Assembly: GCA_002633005.1 (NCBI GenBank)
Contig: NMRA01000117.1
Span: 789,894-853,893, forward strand
Direction: 5' to 3'
Length of the DNA stretch: 64,000 nucleotides
Source of the DNA: Phoronis australis
Lineage: Eukaryota > Animalia > Phoronida
Shown: piece after piece, positions 1-61,200 of the stretch
How positions within the stretch are numbered: position 1 is the first letter of the stretch
Layout of the letters: the number at the start of each line of letters is the position of its first letter
Made by a program: the position numbers and the translations under genes
The notes under the pieces: generated by a model
The model's input: only the letters and a program-made list of their open reading frames with translations
The model's database searches: none
Told to the model about the DNA's origin: nothing

Positions 1-1373
1 GCCTTATAAGGAGTTTCGTTGGCAGCATGAACATTGTGTTTGTGGCGCATACTCCCTCTAAAAATCTGCCGAGCCGTTCGCAAACTCAACTTCGACATTG
101 GCTGTGACGTTTGCGGTTTCGGGGGAGTATTCCGAGATTTGGGACAGCGGGTGACGTCACTGAGTAAAGTTCAAAGTATATGTGTTTCGCGTTGAAAAAT
201 TGCAGCCAAAATCACGTGCTCTCATTGAAATCAAGCAGTAATATCTAGCGTAATCCTGCAGGGTTTTGTTTACCTAGCGTGGTCCTTACGTTAGTGAATT
301 CTATCCTGGCTTCCGTTACCAATTGACATGTGCATTCTACATACTTAGAAATGTCGTCTGCCGCGCGAAAGCGAAGCACCGCTAAACCTAAGGATTATTT
401 TAAAAACCGAGAGATGTTTCAGATACTGACATTGACTCAGACGCATATACGACAGATAATCCAGGGCCAGATGGTGGTGATATTACCGGGCTCGGTCAAC
501 GAATCGAAGATATCCGTGTCACAAACGATGAACCGAATTTTTGCCAACGTCAGACATCGGCAATACAAATGAATACAATTCGCTCTAACTTGAGAATAGA
601 TGGTTTTCATCTGGAAGAATGAGTTTGTGACAATCCAGAAAATTATGGGAATTCCATAGTTGCAAGCGTTTGATAATTCAGTTGATATCTTTTTAGAGAT
701 ATTGATTGTCATCAACAGGCCTGACACTCCCGTCCAAGTAGGCCTAGATGGAAAACGCAAGTGAATTGTTTTGTTTACCCTACCTAATTTGCAGTCATGG
801 GGGACTCGCGTATTGTGCAGTTTTTACAAGAGTTCTGGTAGTGCAGAAGTTCAATATGTTGTACCAGCTTCAGAACATCGAATTCAGACTGTAAGAATGT
901 GCAAGATATTACACGTACAGACTGAGAGAAAACGTAAACTGTGCTATCAAGACATAAAAATGTGACTGACTTAACAAAGACACTTCACTGTCTATGTCAT
1001 AGGAAAAGTTTACTTCTGTGCTAGACTTTTTGTACTTAGTTGACATTGACATCATTATTGAGTAGCCTAAAACATTTCCCCATACTGTATCAAACACTCT
1101 GTAGACTTCCATTTCGAAGTCATTGACTAAGCAAATGGGTTATGACATATGTGATATGTTTGTAAATAAGTCCAACTTTTAAAAATAAAAAGTTAAATAC
1201 ACACAGTTATTTGTTTGCACTACTGTGCATTACTGTTAAAGTGAGTGGGTAAAAATAAGGTGCACAAAAAACTGCACACTAGCTTATGGAGAACGTTGAC
1301 CGCCGCGCGGTTCCGGCACGTTGCAGTTTTTACGCGTGCGACCTGTTTAGATTTTCAGATGTGGAGAACACTG

Positions 1374-1719
1374 GTTAGTCATGTTGTATTATCTCACAAT
1401 CACACAATTGTGTGCAGGCATTGATGGCTAGGAGTGTTAGTCATGTTGTATTATCTCACAATCACACAATTGTGTGCAGGCATCGATGGCTAGGAGTGTT
1501 AGTCATATTGTATTATCTCACAATCACACAATTGTGTGCAGGCTTCGATGGCTAGGAGTGTTAGTCATATTGTATTATTTCACAATCACACAATTGTGTG
1601 CAGGCATCGATGGCTAGGAGTGTTAGTCATGTTGTATTATCTCACAATCACACAATTGTGTGCAGGAATCGATGGCTAGGAGTGTTAGTCATGTTGTATT
1701 ATCTCACAATCACACAATT
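1374..1719. repeat. Tandem repeat, 62-bp unit x ~5.6
   Basis: Unit gttagtcatgttgtattatctcacaatcacacaattgtgtgcaggcatcgatggctaggagt starts at 1374, 1436 and so on. Confidence 0.95.
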
Positions 1720-2059
1720 CTGGCTCCATGCCTGCTATGAATCAACTTGTTCCCAGTTGGGTCTCCCCCCTTATGTTTGACGAATGCTGCCAAGGTTTGA
1801 ACTCTTGAACACGAACAAAACAATGTCTATCAACATTATGTTTTAATAATTAATTAATCTATTTTTCTCCAGATTTGTTTTCAAGATGTATTGTAATTCT
1901 AGCTATGCAAAATAACAAATCAAATATAGTGCAGTAATATATAACTTCAACATTATTGGTAGACAGAAGTCTGTAACCACCGTTTGTACACATTATTGAA
2001 TGTTACATATTTATTGATTACATTTAAGTATTAGTTAATGATGTAAAATGTGAAGACAC

Positions 2060-2900
2060 TGAGGCGGTGTGGCGACTCAGACTAGGTGCATTAGTTCTCA
2101 ATTGTCGAATGCACACAAACGCACAACTCCCTCATGATCAAAACTATGTTTTGTATTCGTTTTCTGAGGCATCTTTCCAAGCTATGTTCACCTCATTGAC
2201 TCAATATTATGGTACCTCGGTGAATGAAAGGACTGCAGGTACACATGGAATTGCTTACGCCTGGCAGGAAATTCAATTTGAGTGACAGCCCTTTAAAGCC
2301 TGTCTTCAACGGTAACACCAGTACTGTAAATTTGGTTCCTACAGTATGTTAAAACCATTGCTCTGATCCAACTAGTGCCATAAATTGTGAAATGTAATGA
2401 ACTGTTAGGCGTATTGGCTTGCTTGTGTCTACCTCTTCGCGAGAATCATCTTTTAATTCGAACAGCTGCAAATAATACCTGCATGCAATGGTGTTCTATT
2501 CAGACCCCTCTTCAATACAACTGCTATCGGTCTTATGTTGCTTGTGTTGAGATCTCGCGGTGACGCAACATGGCACGAAAAGGCAACTTTGCCTATCATT
2601 TGATGGGCTTACATTTGCGTGATTGAACTCACGTTTTCTTATTTTACTAAGGCTTTGCTAGGACTGTTTGGTTAGCCCAATACTTCTAAAATTACAAAAT
2701 TCCATTGAAGTTAGGCGTTAACTTTTACCTCGGATAAGTAGTTAACACATTTCTATGCAGTTGAAGGTGGTTCTGCTCTCTACACGGTATATATTTTGTA
2801 TTTGAAGTTGTCATGAATGAAGATAAGATCTTTTGTTAGACATATGTGGAATACTGTAAAAACGACCAATTTTTGTCAATAAGATTTGAAATATTTTACC
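2060..2900 (+). mobile_element. Dispersed repeat (probable DNA transposon fragment), homologous to 16330-16760
   Basis: Shared blocks gcacaactccctca(t/g)gatcaaaacta, ttgagtgacagccct and aggtggttctgct...ccaatttttgt in the same order. Confidence 0.7.
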
Positions 2901-4065
2901 TAACACAATTTCAGAGAACAGTGCATCTGGTACAATATGTTGAAGTTCCATTTTGAGGCATGATATTCTGATGTTAGCCCAATGTGGATGCTTTTCTTGA
3001 ATATTATTAACAAATATAAGCATCCAAGGACTGCAGGAGTCCATTTTATGAACAACGACTTGAGATGAAGTCAACAATTAGGTTTTACGCTCCACACAAA
3101 TATTTCTGAAATCTAATTAAATCTCACTAAAGTAAAAATGCTAATCAGTGTACCCATAACTGGTAGTTACAATTTGTTTTGTGTGAATTATTTCTAAGCT
3201 GTGATGTACTCTTAATTACATGTCGAAACTTTTATATTCAGTTATTGTGAAGTGGAAGCAAAACACAAAATGTTTGACGTGCACTTTTAATTAGTCTTAA
3301 GTCAATTTTCATGAAACGGATCCCACCTGACTCTCTGCTTCACATCACTTATTACACATGCGCACAATATTTTGCTAAAAGTTTCTTTTTCTCATTTTGT
3401 CATAAACCATCTTGGGGCTTGGCCGAAATATTTGCTGACACACACTTCATACTGGTTCTACAAATCTTTCAGTCACTGGTTTATTCTTCATAATCTCAGA
3501 ATACACTGTGATTGTCAAGTAGATATCTTGTCAAATGTGTTGGCAGGTCACAAAATTTTATGTAAACATGTCTTGGAATATGCTGACATGGCATGTACTA
3601 CATGTCAAACTTGTTTTACTGGACTGTGAAAAAGACCTGTTGTGACTGATGGCTAACCGTGTATTGTTCTTATTGAGACTGTCATTCAGCATTTATGTAT
3701 TACCGAGGCCATTATGAGGAAACATGACAAGTGGTTTAATCTTTATTTTATATCAAACCTGATTTTTGTTGTGTTGTTTTCCATTATGCTAATAAATTGA
3801 AATTTATGCAAATTTTGGTCACGCCGATGCCTTCGCGGAAGTCATCTTATATTCCTTGGTAACAACATTGTGTACTGCTGTGTAGACAATGCATAATTTC
3901 AGCATCACTAACTCTTATAGCTAAATGGCCAAATATCTGTTATACAGTGATCTGAAATTTTTAGCAAATACTTATTTTTTATTAGTATAAGTTACAGAAA
4001 TTCTTTCTTAGGTTGAAAGCCAGACCAAATAAAAAAGGATTATACAAAACTTTCCAAATTTTGTG

Positions 4066-4260
4066 ACACCTTATTCACGCAGTCGCCATTTTAATAGTGA
4101 GCCTCTTTTTAGGTTTAAAAAAAACAATGCATTTGAGACATAAATATAATGTGGCACACGAAAAAATCACGCTTTGTGCTGTGATTAAGCGCAGAATGTA
4201 TTGCTTTTAAAACCTAAAAGGAGGCTCACTTTTAAAATGGCGACTGCGGGAATTAGGTGT
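4066..4260. mobile_element. MITE-like element with ~52-bp terminal inverted repeats
   Basis: acaccttattcacgcagtcgccattttaatagtgagcctc... is mirrored by ...gaggctcacttttaaaatggcgactgcgggaattaggtgt. Confidence 0.8.
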
Positions 4261-4318
4261 ATTCTGTATGTTGTCTGCATTGTTCAGAATAAGATTTTCC
4301 ATTGATTTCCTGTCGTAG

Positions 4319-51776
<47,458 letters not shown>

Positions 51777-51833
51777 CAACATTTTTAAAAAAATTGTTGT
51801 GTTGAAAGTTTGTGTTACTACTGTAGCATTTCT

Positions 51834-51839
51834 AATAAA
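51834..51839 (+). terminator. Candidate polyadenylation signal AATAAA for POLR3A
   Basis: First AATAAA after the stop codon (~58 nt downstream). Confidence 0.5.
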
Positions 51840-52014
51840 TTATTTCAAAATTTTCCCCAATAGATTTTCTGGCGTCCTAGTGTTTTCCACGAAGATCTCA
51901 TTTATAAATTTTAAACTACTTTCAGTGTGGATGAGTGCCCCTGTGTTTGCAGTTAAAAACTGGTGTAACAGAGCACACAAATATCCATACAGCACTTCCA
52001 GTATGTTTGAGGTA

Positions 52015-52037
52015 TTTATTTACTCAAAATATTTATT
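52015..52037 (-). terminator. Two candidate AATAAA polyadenylation signals for XRCC5
   Basis: TTTATT on the + strand at 52015-52020 and 52032-52037, ~210-230 nt past the stop. Confidence 0.45.
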
Positions 52038-52242
52038 TCGTAAAAAATACATGAACGGTACTGAATGCTCATTGCTCATTCAGTAGAAACAGACGTCAAC
52101 TTTAAGAGTTACTACCAATTTCACCAACACTCGACAGTTATTAAAGAAATGCCTTGTCATGAAAAATGTATGGCCAAAATGAAAATGAATTCTGACGTGT
52201 TTTATCTGGTGCCATCCAGCTTGGCGTATTGATAGGGTGGTC

Positions 52243-52257
52243 TCACATTTGCATCAG
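52243..52257 (-). CDS. XRCC5: XRCC5 last coding segment (LMQM*)
   Basis: ttttacttttcag|CTG ATG CAA ATG TGA; parallels the vertebrate DDL-LDMI* tail. Confidence 0.8.
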   Translation of the reverse strand: MMQM

Positions 52258-55200
52258 CTGAAAAGTAAAATGTAAAGCCATTAGACTGGTGCCAGAGCTT
52301 GTGAACTATTCAAGATTTTCTGATACTGTATTTCCACAGTATCTGGGCATAGAATGAAATGACACCGCTCGACACGACCAGTGTCAGTTCCTATTCACAA
52401 GGCAACCTCAAAAACCACCATTGCATAACTTACTGACACTACACACAGTCAAATTTACAATACATGAAAGATGTAAGTCATTGTCCAAGTGTGATTGCGA
52501 TAGATGCATGAGCAAAATCCTTTGAAACAAAATGTCCAGGCACAACCTTCCATACCTCAACAATAGGTGCCAAGTTGACACTGTGGTAGTTAAATATTTG
52601 CACAACCTCTGTTCATTTGCATATAATTGAGCTATGTTAAGAGTGTCAAATGGTTATTATTTAACATGAATATTAAATAGTTATTACTATACATGAATAT
52701 TAACTGTTGAACCTAATGTAACCATAAACACTAGACAACAAATAAAAAACCTGTTTTGGTATTTCCAAGAAATTCAACCCAGTGAACAGTACCAAATTTA
52801 GTGCTTATGAGTAATAACAATAAAGACATAAGTAGTTTAGAACAAGAGAGGCGTAATTACCAAGTAAACCTGATTGCTAAAGCCACGCACCGTACCACTG
52901 ACTTGGCAACTCATTGGAGACACAACTTTAACTTCCTTCGCCACAGAGATAATAACTCTTGGGCTGTCTCCTGTGAGTCCATGCATTCTTGAATGATGTT
53001 TAGGTAAATAAATAAGGTATTTCTGGAAAACCTAAGAATCAAGGCTTGGACATTCCTATTTTAAGAGGATTTCCTCTTTTTGGTTTCCATTTCCTCTCAT
53101 TTGATTTCCAGTTTCCTCTTTTTGGACTCTTTTTTTATCATTATTTTTACTTTATTCGTGCAAGAATGTTTATTTCTTTTAAATTTTACTACAGAAACGA
53201 ATATGTCTATCACAGAAGCCTAAACATTTGTAGAACGATACATCACCTGGAAAATTTTCCTTATTTTGTCATTGGTCATTCAAAGCCCTGATGAATGCAG
53301 AGTGCAAGATGCACGACTCGTATGTTCCAAAATTACAGTGAACATCGCTTTAGCATACTGGATTTGGTAGAGCAAGTCATATTCACGGTAATTATGGTGA
53401 AATGACGCAATAAGAGTTTTGCATAATCTTCCCAGAACAATGGGGCAATTACTGGAAAATTACGTCTTGTTGTGTAACACCTTACTACAATAATTGTAAT
53501 CTGCTCCAGGTAATACCTCATTACCATAATTTTGTGGTATTCTTGACACTGCTAGGAAACATGCCTCATGCATAACACATTGCGTTTTCTGCACCAATCA
53601 CTTCTTGTAATTCTCCAAGACAGTCTAACAACAAACTCACGCCTCGAATTCAAGTGTTCGCTTTCAAGGATGTAAAAAAAAAATGTACATTGTATAACTG
53701 AGCTACTGAACCTATCAGGGATTGGAGTTTTCCTCTTTCATGAGGATTTCCTCTTTTTTGGTTTTAATTTCCTCTCAATTTGATTAATTTTCAGTTTCCT
53801 CTTTTTTCATCTCTTTTTATCCTTATTTTGACTTTATTCAAACAAAAACATTTCTTGCAGTTAATTTTTATTATGCAAAAATTATTTCTATCACATAAGC
53901 CTATTTATTTGTGGAACGATACATCACCTGGAAAACTTTCCTATTTGTCATGGGTCATTCCAAGCCCTGCCTAATGCCAACAAATGACCTGGCTCTTTGA
54001 ACCTACCATTGGATTCCCACAAGCTGTCTTATAGGTACACAATGTCTCTTTAAGTGGGATGCAGTTCACATTCTATTTTTGGCTTAGAATTAAATTACAA
54101 ATATAAGAATATCTCCAGTTCCCTATACAATCAAACTGAAGACATTTGGGATGTCACTGCCACCATCTGCTAAGTTAAGTCTAAGTGTGTTTCCCTTCTT
54201 GGAGCTGGACATATACTAAGTACCTTTACAAGTTTGATGGTAAGGAAACCTTTTTTACTATCAATGATTATATGCTGGTTTTAAGATTGGTACAAGAAAA
54301 ACTTCACAAACATAATTAAAAAAATTAAAAAAAAACAATTGTGGATAAAAATTATATCGATGTCGACCTTTTTCATCCAGGGCAAATGAAATTTAGAGTT
54401 GTGAATTAATTATAATGTCGAAAAAAGGTTTTAATTAGGCCAGCACTGTTGACCTACTTATGCTTCAACAGCTGTCTGACTCTAAGGCCCCAGACATGTT
54501 TGCATTGTCAGGTGGAACAAGCTATTTTTACTAATATAGTAGCCAGGCTGGAATGAGTCAATTTATAAAAAGCAGAAAGACAAATATCCATGCTACCACT
54601 ACAGAGATACTGAAGTCAGCAGGTGTTTGTGAAACATTATACTCCCAACACAACCGAGCTAGATCCATTATACTCCCAACACAACCGAGCTAGATCCATT
54701 ATACTCCCAACACAATTGAGCTATATCCATTATACTCCCAACACAATTGAGCTAGATCCATTATACTCCCAACACAATTGAGCTATATCCATTATACTCC
54801 CAACACAATTGAGCTAGATCCATTATACTCCCAACACAATTGAGCTATATCCAGTTCCGCAATAGATCAACAGTCATATAACTCACCAGGTCATCTGCAT
54901 CTGCCTCTTCCTCTACAGGGGGTTCTTCCTGTCTGTTCACCTCGGCCTTCAAGAATGCATCCGCCTCTTCTTTTGTAACAGAACTATCCTCACTCTCCAT
55001 TTTACTGATTAGGGTAAGTTTTTCTGAAATCATAGTCGTTCGTGTGACCCAAAGTTGCCAGTGTTGGACACAGATATACACATATATCTTACCAAAGAAA
55101 TACAACAGTCACTACCGCTAAAACTGGTACAACTACTACAGACTATTACTGTTATTATAAGTCCCTAATACAAAAGTCACTATCGCTGTAACCGGTACAA

Positions 55201-58200
55201 CTACTACAGACTATTACGGTTATTATACACTCCTAATAGAAGCCTTAACAACATATTGCTACTGGTAGGAATACGAGACCAGGAAGGGTAAAAAAGCTAA
55301 ACGATTTCTTGACGTTTTTCCAAAAGCGAATGCAGAAATACATCTGTCAAACTGGGAAATCAATATAGTTAATGTCATTAGAAAGAGTAGACATTTTTTC
55401 ACAAACAATAACTGCTTAATCTTTGAAAATGACTACTTCATCGCACGTTCCTGGAAAATCCCACAATCATGTCCCGGATAAGGTATAGATGGTACTACAA
55501 TCAAATTAGTTTCTTTCCCTTAATCAAAAATTACCCAGAGCGTGTGAAATCTGCAACAGCTTGTTGATAGTCAGATCGGTACAAATTTGTCATCATGTAT
55601 CGTCAGCTTCAAAGGAACACATCTACCAAATTTCTTTAAAGTGTTTAAAATCATCAATTTCATATCAAAAACACCAAAAAAAAAAACCCACCAGTCGACC
55701 AGCTGTCAAATTAGAACACCTGCAAACACTAACTGACGAAATGTTAATAAGCTGAACTCGAGGTATTACCATTTATTGGTCAAAACATCTATGTAAAATC
55801 TGGACAACCAACCACAGCACAAGTCATCCTCCATTGTGTTTCGTGTGAAGTTATTCAATATTGCTGTTTGTTTATGGTATCATAATATCATAAGGAATGT
55901 CGAGGCATTGTGTATGTGGTGGTTGTGACCACTTAGTATTTGACCACACTGTAGGTCTTTTCACTTTCCTCCGGAACATCAGAGAAGCGTGGATATGGCA
56001 CAAGTTTGTACAAGAAACTCACGTGTTGGTGGACATGACACACTGGCGCTGGGTACGATCATGCGTCACACTCATGTTCATGGAATTAAGAAGCTTTAAA
56101 CTGAAGTCACTTTTACTTTCTCATTCTTGGGGTTATTGAATTCATGATTGTGATATGCAGTGCTGTTCAGGAATGTCTAACGATGCTGACAATATAGTCA
56201 CTTGTCAAAACAAAGAAACGGTGGTTTTAAGCATATTATTAAGATCCTACAAGGTGTTTAGGAATTACAGCAACAGATGTCGTACGCCCAGGCAATATAC
56301 ACCTATCTATAATTATGTGAGCGCATAAAAACTAAAATTGCCACTAGGGGGCACAACAGTAGTCCAATCTGTCTGAAAATTGGTACATATGGTTCCATTC
56401 ATGATAGGAGCATGGCTGCACATTTTAGAAACATCCATCAGGGGGTTTTGGAGATACAGCAGCGTATTCAAGACAGATAGACTATGATGACGATGTAATG
56501 CGCCCACATATATATCTGTGGGTTGATAAAAATGGACTGGGAATGCTGTGAAAGATGTCGGATTCCGTAAATTCCGTCCATTTCCGTTATCACGGAAAAC
56601 TGGGGCCTCTTTTTAAAGTCACGTTAACCATCATAAACTTCTGGACTTGGTCGACCATAGTGCAGTATATACCCACTGTGCATCACTTACCGGACACTAT
56701 CATTTGCCAGAAGTCATTCCTGCTGTTGGTTGACAGAGACTCCTTCAGAGTTCGCAGACTGTGATTAAACAATGCAGACTCCATGTTCTATAAGGTACAA
56801 TAAGACAAAATGTTATGACCTCACCTTATAGGTCACTTGACTTACGATGACATTTAGTACGGGGGGGATGCAATTTATCAACTGTTCCTATTCCCGAAAC
56901 ATCTGTTTCCAACTCTACTGAAAACAAATGAGACAGTGCATCTTTAACTGCCCCATTAATTTAATGGTTTAATTATGTAGCAGAGGGGGGCAGACTCTGA
57001 ATGGTTTAATTATGTAGCAGAGGGGGGCAGACTCTGAATGGTTTAATTATGTAGCAGAGGGGGGCAGACTCTGAACGGTTTAATTATGTAGCAGAGGGGG
57101 ACAGACTCTGAATGGTTTAATTATGTAGCAGAGGGGGGCAGACTCTGAATGGTTTAATTATGTAGCAGAGGGGGGCAGACTCTGAATGGTTTAATTATGT
57201 AGCAGAGGGGGGCAGACTCTGAATGGTTTAATTATGTAGCAGAGGGGGNNNNNNNNNNNNNNNNNNNNNNNNNNNNNNNNNNNNNNNNNNNNNNNNNNNN
57301 NNNNNNNNNNNNNNNNNNNNNNNNNNNNNNNNNNNNNNNNNNNNNNNNNNNNNNNNNNNNNNNNNNNNNNNNNNNNNNNNNNNNNNNNNNNNNNNNNNNN
57401 NNNNNNNNNNNNNNNNNNNNNNNNNNNNNNNNNNNNNNNNNNNNNNNNNNNNNNNNNNNNNNNNNNNNNNNNNNNNNNNNNNNNNNNNNNNNNNNNNNNN
57501 NNNNNNNNNNNNNNNNNNNNNNNNNNNNNNNNNNNNNNNNNNNNNNNNNNNNNNNNNNNNNNNNNNNNNNNNTTTAATTATGTAGCAGAGGGGGGCAGAC
57601 TCTGAATGGTTTAATTATGCAGCAGAGGGGGCAGACTCTGAATGGTTTAATTATGTAGCAGAGGGGGGCAGACTCTGAATACCATACATACATAGACAAC
57701 AGAAGCCAACAGGTTGAAAAACAACAGCAAAATCCTCATGGAGAATGGATTCAGATTTAATGCCAAGTCACAATTTGTAACATCTCAACATTTCCAAAAT
57801 GTCACAGAGAATTCACAGTTCTTTGGTCAGCTCAACTTTGCTTTTGTCACACAATACTTGTCAGTCATAACGGTGAATTCTATAATTTGTGGAAAAGAAG
57901 CGATCATTTGATACAACATAAAGTAACTGCAAACCCAACAAAACACCAACAGCCTACTCGGCTCAACAAATTTCTCACATTTTGTCATAGAATTGTCAAA
58001 ATGTCACATGTCACAAAATTTCAGCCAAGCCAGTTTTGTCACAGAATGTCACCATGACACAGAGAATCCAATCTCCGCCTCACAAAACCTTAGATATGCT
58101 GACACCTTCACCTTAGAACACTCGGCTCGCATCACCCTGATGCACTGCATAGCTTTGTGGTAGAGCTGAGTCCCGAATGAGTCTGTGATAAGTTGAAGAA

Positions 58201-61200
58201 TACGAGCCTGCATCTGGCGGCATGCCTCATCAAACCTGTCGGCATCCTTTTGGCTGATTATGGTTTGGAAGTCTTCCACTGGTGTAACAGTGCCAACCTG
58301 AACAGCACAAACATTTAATACGATATTTTACACATTATGCTCACAACAGGCGTGACGTGTATTGATGGTAATGGTAAGTCTTAATTTGTTTTGATTTTGT
58401 ATTTGACAGAAGAGAAATGTCAAAATCTGTTCAATCTCCAAAACCCCACACAGGGACATTCTTGGCAAAAAAGCAACTTTAGAGAAATTACAAGAAGCAT
58501 GGAAACAAACCCACAAGCTTTGCAGCAGCAGCTGAAAATTTTGCCACTGAGTCAAATCCCCATATAGCAGATTGTTTTAACCATAATTACTTAAATGGTA
58601 AAGACACCAGCCAATGTCTAACACACAACAGCAAGAACTGACAATTTGAAATAAAACCACAATGGTTATTATAAAGCTGTGGTCAAAGCTGATAGCTTAG
58701 AAGTTTATCCCATCCAACAATAACCGGAAAATAACTAGACATTAATCCAATTTTGTCACTTCAAGAACCAGTCCTATCCCCCCCTCAAGAGAGTAATGAT
58801 GTTCAATTTTGGGTTCAAATAAGTAAGCTTGATTGAGGCCACGTAACATAACACTGTAACTTGTTCAAAAACAAGCAGATAAACTTCTGGTAGACTGTAC
58901 AAAGCGTACTTAATTCACTTACTTGGCCTTTGGGAAATCGGTCTTTGGAAAATTGGTTAAGGTTTCAGAAAACATATAGTTAAAATTTATAGTTTTACAG
59001 ATGCTTGGATAACTAAACACACCGACTTGTCAATAAGGATCTCTATCTTGGATAACTAAACACACCGACTTGTCAATAAGGATCTCTATCTTGGATAACT
59101 AAACACACCGACTTGTCAATAAGGATCTCTATCTTGGATAACTAAACACACCGACTTGTCAATAAGGATCTCTATCTTGGATAACTAAACACACCGACTT
59201 GTCAATAAGGATCTCTATCTTGGATAACTAAACACACCGACTTGTCAATAAGGATCTCTATCTTGGATAACTAAACGCACCGACTTGTCAATAAGGATCT
59301 CTATCTTGGATAACTAAACGCACCGACTTGTCAATAAGGATCTCTATCTTGGATAACTAAACGCACCGACTTGTCAATAAGGATCTCTATCTTGGATAAC
59401 TAAACACACCGACGTGTCAATAAGGATCTCCATAACCTTAATACTGTACATCTAACTCAACTCACAATATTGATGATTGATGACATTTCGTAAACAGGTC
59501 TACAAAATCTAAAATTTGCAACTGTCAGAGTATGACACTTTTCTTGAAGAAACTACTATCAAAAAAGCTACTGCCAAAGAGACTATTGAAACCACACAGC
59601 ACCTGTTGACACTGCAGCACTCTATCATTACCACTATATCCATCCAAATATTACAATCAATACAATTACTATATTAATGCTTTCAAAATCCCGAGGCCAA
59701 CGTTAATGACTGTACCTCAGTGACTGTTCCCCTTGTGAGACTCGACAGATCTGTTCCCAAATCAACTTCCATCTTCATTCTCTTTGCAGGGGGTTCTGTA
59801 TCCTCACTGAAATATTATTTGTAACAGCTTATTATTTTACATGACTTACTCTAGACTTACTGAAATAAAATACAAAGCAAACCTCAGAAGAAGGGGCCGC
59901 CTACTTTATCATAGAGGACCCTGCCTGAAGACAACCACATTGTGGGACCTTATTATAATAGGGGACCCCCATCTGAAGGCAGCTGAAGAATAGGATCCTC
60001 CTTATTAATACAAAGGGCCTCACTCTTGAGGCTCTGGAATCAATTTGGTGCATTCAAAGCAAATGCAAATATTTTGTCAAATCGATGTGACTGTATTTAC
60101 TTTCAAAGACCAATCTGCTTTCACAAGGAGTAAGAACAATGCAAAATGTTGATAAACTAATTACTATGGAATAAAGCAAGCTCATTTTTGCAACCAAACA
60201 CTAGATCAAGTGACTATAGTAAAATTTAAGTTAATTTAGCCATTAGAGCACCCACATAATGTATATATGAGGGTGTATAAAAACACTGCTGATGAAAACA
60301 AAAAATTATGACGATCTGTTGTTCTATCTCAAGAGTCAGTGTTTGAAATTCAACACATTGTCTAATGAGTAATTTCACCATAAATGCAGAAAAAATGTTA
60401 AGACTGGTTCGAGTTAATCCTTTATTAATCCCGACCGTACGTTCACAAGCCTACTCAAACAAAACGTCCGACGTAATGTCTGTTTATGCTCCAGCCAGTG
60501 CTGCGAAGCCTTGACTTGTGATGAACTTCTGAGACACGTTCAGCAACTGTTACACTCGTTGATTCAATAACCTGCTGTCTCTATAGCTGGCTCCCTATTG
60601 ACTATCGCTGTAACTGCTGACTCTCTTCACTGCAACTCAACTGTAGTTCTCCTGATTGACTTACTTGAACTGACTTGATCTTCTCTTGAACTGACTTGAT
60701 CTCACTGACTTAATCTTCTTGGACTCAAGTGACTTAATCTGACTTTTGGTGTTGCATCCCTTGTGTCCGCTTCCGACAGTCTCTAGCCAGGTATCCAATT
60801 TTGTGACAGAAGAAACACCTTAATTCCTCTGCGTGGTCAGTTTTCTTCTGGTCGACTCTCTGGTTGTCTGTCTTGACTGGTCGCTCTTGGGACATTTTCC
60901 ACTGGGTGCTCGTTATATCCACTCCATGGGCCTCAATATATCTCTCTGCTAAGCCCACCATCTCTGGAACAGTCTTGGGCGTCCGCTCTCGCAGGAACAA
61001 GGCCAAGTCCTTAGTGCAAGTGTTAACGTACTGCTCCCGCACTAACAAGTCTCTCAACTCAGCAAAGTCTTTGCCACGGTCGGACATGTCGATCCACCTG
61101 TCTAGGTAACGCTGTATGCGTGCCACAAACTGGTATGCTGTCTCGCCCCTCTCGGCCCTCGCTTCCCGGAACTGTCTGCGAAAACCCTCTTCAGTCAGCT

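Noticed and set aside
60-965. CpG-rich start with TGACGTCA and short basic ORFs (330..572, 771..965)
   Set aside because: No recognisable domain or RPC1 peptide; probably transposon sequence but cannot be classified.
56963-57680. TAGCAGAGGGGGGCAG in the 37-bp repeat as a CTCF site
   Set aside because: Lacks the leading CC and has the wrong spacing relative to the core motif.
59004-59430. CRISPR-like appearance of this and other 31-62-bp arrays
   Set aside because: Units are contiguous with no unique spacers, there are no cas genes, and the context is a eukaryotic intron.
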